DNA of 63,471 nucleotides, the filler included, from Octopus bimaculoides (taxonomy: Eukaryota), in the NCBI RefSeq assembly GCF_001194135.2. It is 6 parts of 5 records of this genome, joined end to end, with 100 filler letters (N's around TTAATTAATTAA, not from the genome) between each part and the next. Parts side by side here need not be neighbours in the genome. Positions count along the whole stretch, not along the records: positions 20,212 to 42,702 come from NC_068990.1; positions 42,803 to 57,993 come from NC_068996.1; 4 more parts are not named here. One strand, 5' to 3'. A program made the translations under genes and the position numbers. Positions 40,647-49,890 of the stretch are shown piece by piece (positions within the stretch are counted from its first letter, which is position 1; each line of letters opens with the position of its first letter). A model generated the notes under the pieces. It made no database searches. It was not told where the DNA came from and saw only the letters and a list, made by a program, of their open reading frames with translations.

Positions 40647-41984
40647 GCTGAATTATATGTTATGTGAATAGGCATATTAAGCATGTGTTTCTGTGTGTGT
40701 GTGAAATTTTAGTTGTAATTTCTATGGTTGAATGCGATCATTGCCTAAATTTGAATTAAAGTTGATTGTTGAAAAACATAATTCTCAAGTTTTCTAGTGA
40801 CCTCTCACCTTGAAGCACTTTCACATAAATTCTTTCAGAATTCCTTGTCCACAGGTGAACAGACTTCTCACCATTTATAAATTCTCTTGTATTCTTTAGT
40901 CCTCTTATCCGTAAATCCATCTATCCACCTTCTCTTCCCATTATTCACAAGAGGGTCATGGGGGTAGAATCCTCAGACATCTCCTCCAGAGTGTCCTATC
41001 AGAAGCAGCTGTCAGATTTTCTGGCTGGATTCCCAAGTGCAACCAACTGGAAATATAGATATTATGCAACTATTTCATTCTTGTCTATCCCTAGGTTTCC
41101 TACGAGTTGGCTTGGCTTGAAAAATCCATCTTGTGGTTCTTCCCTACAACATTATAATCACATGTCCCTAGCACCAGAGCTGTGGCATCTCAATGCGTTG
41201 TAGTGACTCAACATGGAGAGACAGCCTGGCCTCTGAACTTTGAAACATCAAGGTTTTCATCTCCTCATGAAAGCTTAATTAAATTTACAAACTTCACTAA
41301 ATAAATTTTACCTGTTCAAACCACCATTAATTTTCTCAGACTCTGGTATTTATTTCTACTAAATAAATTTACTAGTTTTGTTTTTCACCTGGACTGTTAT
41401 AAATTAACATTAATTTTGATATTAATTCTCATTTAATTATAGTGAGTGCAAACATGGACTCTGGGAATGTGGCAAAAAAGCTTGTCCAGCAATTTGCCGG
41501 ATACTTGGAAGGTCAAATATTAAAACTTTTGATGGAAGCTTTTATGATTTTGAACCATCTGCTTGTGAATATACATTATTAGAAGTAAGTTATCTTTTAT
41601 ATCTATATTATTTGAAACTCCACTTCTTATTAAACAAATTATTAATTAATGGACATATATATATTTTTTTTATAGTCACGGGCTGACAATGATTTAAACT
41701 TGAAGATCACTCTGATGTATTCAAAATGTAAAGAAATCTGGATAGATGATCTGAACTGTATTAAAAGCTTCACAATTAACCACAACAACCACTCTTTGCA
41801 CATATGTAACAACGACACCACTGTCAATGGAATTCGCTTTTCCGGTCAGTCCTATTATAACGAAGAGATAAGTGTTGTTCCTGTTTCGTCTCACTTTATA
41901 CTTATTGCTGCCCAGGGATTTCGCATATTATACAGTCAAGACCAACAAATGTATATCCAGCTCGATGATACTTTTAAAGACAAG
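25285..41984 (+). CDS. Multi-exon gene (14 coding exons, 3'-incomplete) for a secreted VWD-C8-TIL protein of the SCO-spondin/otogelin/hemocytin/gel-forming mucin family
   Basis: 14 exons with AG/GT boundaries join in compatible phases to 2088 nt = 696 codons with no stop. Domain order: signal peptide, EMI-like, EGF, TB-like, VWD (TFDG...[14 protein letters not shown]), C8, TIL, VWC-like, second VWD. No further exon found in the window. Confidence 0.93.
26491..26543 (-). ncRNA. Degenerate hammerhead ribozyme motif in intron 1, antisense to the gene
   Basis: Minus strand TCCTTA-CTGATGA-T-GCTAT-GGAA-ATAGC-T-GAAA-CTGATCAG-TC-AGTA-TAAGGA. Confidence 0.6.
26781..27137 (-). mobile_element. Tc1/mariner (maT/DD37D-like) transposase C-terminal fragment and terminus
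   Basis: [17 protein letters not shown]...KDELKARI...[11 protein letters not shown]; end TA|CAGGGTG at 26779-26787. Confidence 0.75.
27160..27375 (+). repeat. (TCTG)n/(TATC)n microsatellite
   Basis: Read directly. Confidence 0.9.
27537..27725 (+). CDS. Exon 2: EMI-like N-terminal part ([20 protein letters not shown]...KTCAFK)
   Basis: TTTCAG acceptor, AA|GTAAGT donor, 62 uninterrupted codons. Confidence 0.8.
28346..28630. mobile_element. Chapaev3-like terminal fragment carrying a long foldback
   Basis: 28483-28625 matches 61290-61435 in reverse orientation; 28346-28519 is a near-perfect inverted repeat. Confidence 0.7.
28767..29168 (+). mobile_element. SINE family A, full length, intron 2
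   Basis: Near-identical to copies at 7212 and 38625. Confidence 0.88.
29354..29415 (+). CDS. Exon 3: EMI-like C-terminus ([20 protein letters not shown])
   Basis: CATTAG acceptor, G|GTCAGT donor; CCxGY...C motif; bridges phase 2 to phase 1 exactly. Confidence 0.85.
30562..30666 (+). CDS. Exon 4: EGF-like domain ([31 protein letters not shown])
   Basis: Six-Cys EGF spacing, TGTAG acceptor, G|GTAAGG donor. Confidence 0.92.
31287..31448 (+). CDS. Exon 5: TB/follistatin-N-like module (YYCYKNTDC...[13 protein letters not shown]...QCSQCW)
   Basis: C..C..CC..GSWG..C..C pattern, CTCAG acceptor, G|GTGAGT donor. Confidence 0.88.
31629..31830 (+). mobile_element. SINE family B, intron 5
   Basis: GTGAGCTGGCAGAAT.GTTAG...TTCTGAGTTCAAATCC...TTTTGCCTTTTATCCTTTC. 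Confidence 0.75.
32843..33030 (+). CDS. Exon 6: start of VWD1 ([29 protein letters not shown])
   Basis: VWD TFDG and CQY motifs, TTTAG acceptor, G|GTAAGT donor. Confidence 0.92.
33686..33788 (+). CDS. Exon 7: VWD1 middle ([25 protein letters not shown]...)
   Basis: TTCAG acceptor, G|GTAAAT donor, open frame, phases 0 to 1 fit neighbours. Confidence 0.85.
35085..35249 (+). CDS. Exon 8: VWD1 C-terminal part (...[14 protein letters not shown])
   Basis: GLCGNFDG motif, TGTAG acceptor, A|GTAAGT donor. Confidence 0.93.
35545..35985 (-). mobile_element. Two tandem copies of tRNA-derived SINE family B (Meta/Sauria-like central domain)
   Basis: Minus strand GAGTTCAAATTCC..AGGTTGACTTTG.CTTTCATCCTTTC...GATA.AATAAGTACCAG; central-domain assignment from recall. 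Confidence 0.75.
36727..36812 (+). CDS. Exon 9: end of VWD1 ([29 protein letters not shown])
   Basis: TTGCAG acceptor completes N-D-F after GNPT; G|GTAATA donor. Confidence 0.85.
37716..37811 (+). CDS. Exon 10: C8 domain start (CVTEAFGPC...RCSEL...FANCHEK)
   Basis: TTTAG acceptor, AAG|GTTAAT donor, FxxCH motif. Confidence 0.88.
37925..38153 (+). repeat. Compound trinucleotide tract (CAT)n(CGT)n...(CTA)n(CAC)n
   Basis: Read directly. Confidence 0.88.
38625..39031 (+). mobile_element. SINE family A, full length, intron 10
   Basis: Same head, internal microsatellite and tail. Confidence 0.88.
39349..39496 (+). CDS. Exon 11: C8 domain ([15 protein letters not shown]...[19 protein letters not shown])
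   Basis: VxP..C....C..Y...C...G...WR...C pattern, A|GTAAGT donor. Confidence 0.92.
40144..40387 (+). CDS. Exon 12: TIL domain and start of VWC-like module
   Basis: CPKGFVF...CPLTC...CHCPKGQVL...CINATECPC...MECNT; TTTCAG acceptor, TG|GTAAAG donor. Confidence 0.93.
40950..41060 (-). mobile_element. Short RTE-like LINE C-terminal remnant
   Basis: [21 protein letters not shown] resembles the RTE terminal A.DR..WR motif. Confidence 0.4.
41443..41584 (+). CDS. Exon 13: end of VWC-like module and start of VWD2 ([32 protein letters not shown]...CEYTL)
   Basis: TATAG acceptor, GAA|GTAAGT donor, second TFDG motif. Confidence 0.93.
41676..41984 (+). CDS. Exon 14: VWD2 middle (...[12 protein letters not shown]), last exon found
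   Basis: TATAG acceptor after a 91-nt intron, AAG|GTATTT donor, 103 open codons. Confidence 0.9.
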
Positions 41985-42802
41985 GTATTTATATAATCTA
42001 ATATAATAATAAGCATAGTGTTTTTATAAATTTGTATATANNNNNNNNNNNNNNNNNNNNNNNNNNNNNNNNNNNNNNNNNNNNNNNNNNNNNNNNNNNN
42101 NNNNNNNNNNNNNNNNNNNNNNNNNNNNNNNNNNNNNNNNNNNNNNNNNNNNNNNNNNNNNNNNNNNNNNNNNNNNNNNNNNNNNATATATATATATAGA
42201 TATATATATATTTGTCCAAGATCACAGAGTAGGAGAAAGAGTAGTATAAGCGAAAGGAGAAGAAAGAAAATAAATAATTCAGTGAAGGAGAAATAGTGAG
42301 AGTAATAGCCCTGACCGAGAGAGAGTGAGAGAAAGTAATAGCAATGAGGGAAAGGAAGTGGCAAAGAGCACGTCATGTATTTTCTGTTTTTCGCCATCAC
42401 AACATATGAATGAGAAAAGAAGGGGTGATAGATGAATAACGAAAGAAGAGGTGAAAAAAATCAGCATTGCTTATGTTTACTTGTGTTATCAACATCCAAA
42501 AGAAAAGGTTGAGCACCACTACCCATATTTTCTCTTTTAAGTGGCTTTGTATTTCAGAAGCTTGCTTTCCAGCCATATGGTCTTAGGTTCAATCCTAGAG
42601 TGTAGCACCTTGGTCTTCTACTATAGCCCCAGGCTGACCAAATCTTAATGAGTGGATTTCATAGATGGAGACTGTTGTATGTATATATATATATATATAT
42701 ATNNNNNNNNNNNNNNNNNNNNNNNNNNNNNNNNNNNNNNNNNNNNTTAATTAATTAANNNNNNNNNNNNNNNNNNNNNNNNNNNNNNNNNNNNNNNNNN
42801 NN

Positions 42803-43741
42803 GTTCCGACACATCTCCTCGGGTTCGTTTATCAAATCGCCTTGCGCATTCACCACAGATCGAATTATGGAATCATTTCCACGTTGAGCTTCTACAACAC
42901 ATGCCCATCCAGCGGCCTTGATTCCCTCGCACCCCATTGCACGAAGTCTAGCTCTGACGATACACCCCATGTGTTTGGCTTCGAAGTGCTGGTTTAATTC
43001 CAGTCTCTTCACCTTCACCTGGGATGCGTCACCAGCTGTCATGGCTTCCTCTAGGGCCTTAACTAATTCATTTTCTTTCCTACGCCCTCTAGCCACTAAT
43101 CCTATGCTATATCTAATAGACTCGAATTTAATGGCTCTTTTGAGGGCGTACCACCATTTGTTGTTGACAATGGAACCGGTTAACGCCCTCTGTATTAGTA
43201 ACTTAATCCGGCTCCTGTACTCCTCAATCGCCAAAAGGGACTTATTGAGTTTCTAGTAGCCGGAACCCTTACTATATATCTTGTCTAGGAGCAGTTTACA
43301 AGTTACGATCTTGTGGTCACTGTAACTGACCAAGTGAAATTGTGGACGCGTAACTATTTCTTTATCCAATTTTCTAATGAATATCCTATCTATGTAAGAC
43401 CTAGAAGACCCGTCGCTATTTGACCATGTCCACACTGGAGCGTTCGGGAATTCTAGTCTATAGGGATCTACTAGCTGAAAGTGACTTAGTAAATCCCGGA
43501 AGCCTATGCTCGGTCTTCTATTAGGATTCGAGCCAACACTATCGACACGCGCATTGAGAATAGTGTTAAAGTCACATAACACAACTAGTGACTGTGACGT
43601 ACCTAGAAACTTCTCCAAATCTCGGTAATAATCAGTCTGGCTTGAATTAGGTGCATAAACTGCAACCAGCCTGATTTCCTTACCACAACTGAACGTCAGA
43701 TCTAAAACGACCAGCCTACTTTCTGGATCAGAAAAAATCAA
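42803..43741 (-). mobile_element. Tx1-clade LINE ORF2 fragment (AP endonuclease and linker)
   Basis: RLVVLD...VAVYAPN...VVLCDFN...WTWSN...SYIDRIF...SDHK; linker homologous to the copy at 55048-55306. Confidence 0.88.
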
Positions 43742-43744
43742 CTT

Positions 43745-44950
43745 CAGCCACTGGAAGAAGTTTGAAAGCTGACGTGTTGCGGGTACGAGAGATAAAGATG
43801 GAGCAGAGTAAGTTGAAGGAGTTTAACAGACTCATAGAGAAAGGTAGAACCAGTTTGAGGTTGACACCGCCAGAAAATTTAACAGCGAGCGTATTGAAGC
43901 GGACAGTGGTGTATAGGATGCTGTCCACGATATCGACAAAGATAGAAATAGCCACAGTAGAGGCTATAGAGAGGAATGCTTAAAGGAGGTAAAGTCTCAA
44001 CATTTTACACGAGAGGGAAGAAATACGGCACAGTGGAGGTAATGTTCACTAGTAAACAAGAAGCGATAACCCACTACAATGTGTCGCTAAGGGCACCAGA
44101 ATGGGTACTTCTGCCGACTTACTGTGGCAAATGAGTGGCCAGGATAAGGATTGGCAGAGTACCCCCGGAGATTGAAGAGGTGTGGCTGGTGACAGCCATC
44201 CTGTATAATATGGAGGAGGATGTGAAGGCATTGAAAGTGACGAGGATGAAAGAGGTAAACTGATGGGCTACGGCCTCAAAGTGGCCATCCAAGTCATTTT
44301 ACAAGACTTGCATAAGATAGCGGAGGAGGTAATACTAGCAAAGGACGTGAAATTGAGAGTAGTGGTGGAGGGAAGACCTCCAACCTGTTACCAGTATGGT
44401 GTAAGGGAATACATGAGAGCAAGGTGTCCCCAGAACGATGATAAAGGTGAAAAGGAACAACAGCAGCAGGGTGACGAGCAGGAGCAAAATGCCGAAGCGA
44501 CGAACCCGGTATGTGGGAAGTGTCCAGAGAAGGTGCAGTAGGAGTATACGGTGGTGAAGAAGAAAAGGGAAGAAAACGTGGACTCCCTGCCAAAGAGTCC
44601 ACTAAAGAAAAGAAAGGAGGGTAAACAAGAAGCACAACATGAGATACCAACACCATGAAAGGAAGCCAACGTGGAAAAATAAGTGGGACTACAGAAACAA
44701 ACAAATAAAAAAGAACCAAAACATAGATGGCATATGGTAAGATATGCGAAAAGTACAGAGATAGAGAAGAAAATCACAAAATTGAAATGAGTAATAAGAG
44801 TGAAACTAACGACGGAATACTATCCAGAGAGTACCAAAGCAATTGCTATTGACGACAAGAGGTAGAAGATAGACCCAACGGGATTACACGTCGAGTTCGA
44901 CGACTTGTTGCCAGTAGTAGAGTACGTCGACCTTTTGCCGTACATAAAAT
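43745..44950 (+). mobile_element. LINE ORF1 (gag-like) remnant with degenerate zinc knuckle
   Basis: YGTVEV.F...RIRIGRVPPEI...RVVVEGRPPTCYQYGVREYMRARCP then K/E-rich tail; several stops. Confidence 0.65.
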
Positions 44951-45446
44951 GATAAAAAAAAAATAAGTAAATATCAAAAATGTTTAATGACTGTAAAAAC
45001 AGATTATCATTATTATTATATTATTATTANNNNNNNNNNNNNNNNNNNNNNNNNNNNNNNNNNNNNNNNNNNNNNNNNNNNNNNNNNNNNNNNNNNNNNN
45101 NNNNNNNNNNNNNNNNNNNNNNNNNNNNNNNNNNNNNNNNNNNNNNNNNNNNNNNNNNNNNNNNNNNNNNNNNNNNNNNNNNNNNNNNNNNNNNNNNNNN
45201 NNNNNNNNNNNNNNNNNNNNNNNNNNNNNNNNNNNNNNNNNNNNNNNNNNNNNNNNNNNNNNNNNNNNNNNNNNNNNNNNNNNNNNNNNNNNNNNNNNNN
45301 NNNNNNNNNNNNNNNNNNNNNNNNNNNNNNNNNNNNNNNNNNNNNNNNNNNNNNNNNNNNNNNNNNNNNNNNNNNNNNNNNNNNNNNNNNNNNNNNNNNN
45401 NNNNNNNNNNNNNNNNNNNNNNNNNNNNNNNNNNNNNNNNNNNNNN

Positions 45447-45486
<40 letters not shown>

Positions 45487-45639
45487 TAAAGAGTGAGAGA
45501 GGTTTCTTTTTAATTTGATGTGGTCAATTCATTGAAATTTCAACACAAGACATTTCTCTTTTTTCTCATTTCTTTCTTTTTACTTCTCATTGTATACCTA
45601 TCAACATATTTGTAAATAAACACATTTTCTCACAAATTT

Positions 45640-46436
45640 TGCCACGAGGGCAGCAATTTACTCTGCATGGATGATCTAAAGCTTTTTAGTGAGAATAAAA
45701 GAGATAGATCTCATAATACAGACAGTAAGTCTCTTCAACAAAGATAAAGGCATGGAATTTGGCATAGATAAGCGTACAATATTTGTCGTGAGAAGGGGGA
45801 CAGGTAGTCAACAGCGAAGGCTTTCAATCACCAGATGGCCAGACATTAAAATCATTGAAAGACGGAGAGAGTTATAAGTATCTAGGAGTATTAGAATCTA
45901 AGGAGTATTACAATCTAAGGAGAGTAATCCACTAGGAGCTACGTAGAAAACTAGGACTTGAACATACTAGTAAATGGTATGAACATGAACCTTTTAAAGT
46001 ACTAGAAAGTAAGAAATACAAGATATGGTGAGACTTTAACATTCCGACTGATAGAGTAATAGAAGCTAGAAGGCATGATTTGGTAGTAGTCAATAAAGAG
46101 AATAGAAAGTGCCAGATAATTGACTTTACTGTCCCAAATGATGAACACAATAATATGAGAAGTATAGAAAAAATAGCAAAGTACCAGGATCTAGCTATTG
46201 AATTACAGAGACTATGGAAATTGCGGGTAAAATGTATCCAAGTAGTTATCGGTGCATCGGGAACTATCTCTAAAGGTCTGAACAGATGGATAGAGGAAAT
46301 AGGCATAAAACCCAGTTTAGTGCAGCTCCAGAAAACAGTGTTATTAGGGACAGATAGAATACTTAAGAGGGTTCTTGGCAACTAAGGTAACTTGCTGTAA
46401 CCTGATGTTAGGATTTTTTCTTTTCTTGTGTGTATA
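45640..46436 (+). mobile_element. R4/Dong-clade non-LTR retrotransposon remnant (RT end and restriction-like endonuclease), internally deleted
   Basis: MDDLKLF, MEFGIDK, YKYLG, then WYEHEP...DFNIPTD..IEARRHDLVV...IIDFTVP...EKIAKYQDL...VVIGA.GTI...LLGT.RIL; ends in (TAA)n. Confidence 0.85.
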
Positions 46437-46445
46437 ATAATAATG

Positions 46446-46521
<76 letters not shown>
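46435..46521 (+). repeat. (TAA)n microsatellite
   Basis: About 29 units between Dong-like and Tx1-like 3' ends. Confidence 0.95.
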
Positions 46522-46522
<1 letters not shown>

Positions 46523-46812
46523 TAATTCGTTTTATTGGCCACAAGGGCTAATACCAATTCAAAACATATAAGGACAAAGACAGGACGAAGGTTACAAAAG
46601 GTTTTGTCCGAAAAGGTAGGAAAGTTCGTCAAAACAGAGGGAAAAAACGGAAAAAGATATAACAAATAAATAGATAAATAAATAGATAAATAAATAAGTA
46701 GAACTCCCAAAGGGGGAGGCGCTTCGAAAAAGGAAAGGTTACACGTGGAAAAACCCATAAAACCACGGGAGCCTGATCAGAAAAAATAAGAAAGGGGTAT
46801 AGAGCCCTTTCT
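46522..46812 (-). mobile_element. 3' UTR of a Tx1-like LINE ending in (TTA)n
   Basis: AGCCCTTGTGGCCAATAAA resembles AGCCCTGTGTGGCTAATAAA of the Tx1 3' ends at 52770 and 57220; shares CGTGG/CCACG hairpin. Confidence 0.6.
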
Positions 46813-47339
46813 NNNNNNNNNNNNNNNNNNNNNNNNNNNNNNNNNNNNNNNNNNNNNNNNNNNNNNNNNNNNNNNNNNNNNNNNNNNNNNNNNNNNNNNN
46901 NNNNNNNNNNNNNNNNNNNNNNNNNNNNNNNNNNNNNNNNNNNNNNNNNNNNNNNNNNNNNNNNNNNNNNNNNNNNNNNNNNNNNNNNNNNNNNNNNNNN
47001 NNNNNNNNNNNNNNNNNNNNNNNNNNNNNNNNNNNNNNNNNNNNNNNNNNNNNNNNNNNNNNNNNNNNNNNNNNNNNNNNNNNNNNNNNNNNNNNNNNNN
47101 NNNNNNNNNNNNNNNNNNNNNNNNNNNNNNNNNNNNNNNNNNNNNNNNNNNNNNNNNNNNNNNNNNNNNNNNNNNNNNNNNNNNNNNNNNNNNNNNNNNN
47201 NNNNNNNNNNNNNNNNNNNNNNNNNNNNNNNNNNNNNNNNNNNNNNNNNNNNNNNNNNNNNNNNNNNNNNNNNNNNNNNNNNNNNNNNNNNNNNNNNNNN
47301 NNNNNNNNNNNNNNNNNNNNNNNNNNNNNNNNNNNNNNC

Positions 47340-48069
47340 ACCACCACCACCACCACCACCACCACCACCATCACCACCACCACCATCACCACCATAATTT
47401 CCGACAGAATTTTTGAATATCCTCCTCCAATTCTTGGTGGTTGACTGTTGGCGTCGGTGTGAATTTCAATCCTTTCCCCAAACACTGGAGTTCATCATTG
47501 TCTAAACCTGTTTTAGATAAATTAATTATTTTACGGTCTATACAATTGTTTTGGATATGTTTCCTCTTGTATTTATTTTTCCGGTGTTGTCCCAACGTTA
47601 AAAAAATGAAGTTTTCCCTGTCAATGATTTCTATTTCTGTTGATGTTTGTTTGATGAACTTTGTGTTTTGGTCATGGTATTTCACCTCGTTTCGTCGTTT
47701 TCTCTCCCGTTTCGTACATTGCTTTTTTTTAATATTGTTAGAACTATTTTTAATAACATGGGGAAATAATCTAGGTTCATTTCGGAATCTAGACGGTGTT
47801 TTCGCCCAGTTCTTTGTAGGTAATCGTGGTTGAGATCTTGAGAATAATCTATTTTTGCTACCCCTAATGTTTTGATCAAAGGAATACCTGTTTTGTTTGT
47901 GTTTTTTCTCCATGTTATGTGCGTTAGGGTGTTCTTGTAATAATAACGAAGAGTTCTTACCACAGGAGTCTTTGTGGTTTGAGTCACTGCATGTTGAAAT
48001 CTTTAAAAAGAATGTTTTTAATGTATCATAGATGTAATTTTTGACGCTGAATCCGAATTTGTTATTCAT
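47340..48069 (-). mobile_element. Penelope-like element ORF N-terminus
   Basis: IINLSK..L...ELQCLGKGLKFTPTP...EEDIQKFCRKL; cut by gap. Confidence 0.82.
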
Positions 48070-49012
48070 TTATACCATAAAAATTTAGCGAAAATGTTAC
48101 AGGTGTTCAAAGTTTGATAATTTTCAAAATTTTCAGCCAATCAGAAAGCAGCGCGTTCACTGCTTCTTCCATCATCTGTCACAGTAGCGAGTAGGTGGAG
48201 CGGTATGTCAAAACATTAGGAATAACAATGAAAAACATTAAAACATACACGAGCAAATAAAATATTTAAAAGCTACGATCAAACCAACTGCTGTTGCTAG
48301 AATTAACAGTCAAAACATTAAAATATACACGAGCAAAGTAAACAGTGAAAATCATTGAGACATACGCGAGAAAATCAAATATTGAAAAGCTAGGAGCAAA
48401 CCAACTGAAATTGCTAGAAATAACAGTCAAAATATTGCTTAAAACAGACATTTATCAGTTTAAAAATTCAAGAAAGTTTGCAATACACTCTAGCATTTTA
48501 TAAAACAAATTATCTTTCTCATATTTCTTTCTCCGGATAAATTCGCAAAGATACGAGTCAACCATGGAACGGAGTGTTGCACACCGGCGTTCAGAATGTT
48601 CAGAATGTCGAGAAGAAATTGTGTGGGGTGGGGAGAGGAGAGCTATCAGTAGATAAAAGGAATAGGAGGAGGGATAGAGGAAGAAATAAGAATGTAAGGA
48701 AGAAATATGTGTAACAAGTGTGAGGTGGGGTGATATATTTGAAAAGGCATTAAGGCGGAGTGACAGATAAAGAATGTGGTACGGAGTGGGGTTCTAGAAG
48801 TAAGTAGTTAACCTCAAAAAGGAAGGAAAGAAAATATAATGGTCAAGTTTCTAAAAATAGACGTAGGCATTTATATCAAGTCAGAGATTGTACTAGCTAC
48901 AGTGATAGTGAGGAAAAGAAAAATATGTATATATATATGCGCACACGAAAGTCAAATAAGGTTGTTGGAGGTTACCTAAGTGGTATTCGGTATATGCACT
49001 GTGTGGTGATTT

Positions 49013-49890
49013 AGGTTGTATTTGATCTGTGGTAAAATTTGAAGGTATGAAAAAAGCAGTGGTTGCATCTACCTAGGGCCTCATTATACTTATTTAGTAA
49101 TAGTGAAGAGTTATGTTTTAATATGTGGAATGCCTCTTTTAAGCATAACGTACAGGCTGAACGTTAACTCTGATATGGTAGCCCTGAATCTATTATGGAC
49201 CATGATAAGTTATATGGAATATTCCTATTCTTAAGATGATGTACGTGACTGGCGAGGGTTGTGGATTTACTGCGTTTCTCATATCTAAAAGAACTGAAAT
49301 GTGCAGCGTATCTCTGTTTAAAATTTATAGTTGACCTTATATATATGATTGTAGAGTTGTGTAACGTATTGCGGGCGGTGCATTTGTAAATTACGTTAGA
49401 CCTTCTGCAACGGGTTTGTAGAGGGCAAATGGTCCCATGGCGACAGTAACATGATAGTGCATTGTGGGGGTTATTCTCAGGAATGGAGGAAGTAATACTG
49501 TCTAGGGAGAGGTTAGATATGGGGATAGATTGGTCTATGTTATTAACAGTATTATTACTATTATTATTTTTATTTCTATCGTTGTTATTATTTACCCTAT
49601 CTGTATTTGTGGTGAAGGTCAGGGTACTAATATTCTGGTTAGTGTAAGTGAGATTGGCTGAGTTTTCGTTATGGTCCAAAGAATTGGCTACTTAAAAGCT
49701 ATACTACTGCTCTCCACCCAACTTTGAGTCTATCATAACAACCTCTAATAGACGAAAACTTTCTCTATTATCAAACTATATACACCGAAACAACTCTGAA
49801 TACACGAGCACCCAACGCATACATAGTTCCAACATCGAACCCAATACTTTAGACCATATCGAAAACCCAACCAATCCCCAAAACTACGGA
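49013..49890 (-). mobile_element. Penelope-like element GIY-YIG endonuclease end with inverted upstream segment
   Basis: CYC...CPL...C....VIYKCT...IYI....FKQRY..H.SSF...STTLA.HV..LK...WSI...C.LCLKE...LLNK..E..GRCNH; 49681-49890 reads the preceding region (LYYCSPPNFESII..N) on +. Confidence 0.85.

Noticed and set aside
48231-48435. CRISPR-like direct repeats
   Set aside because: Degenerate contiguous tandem units with no unique spacers, inside a eukaryotic retroelement
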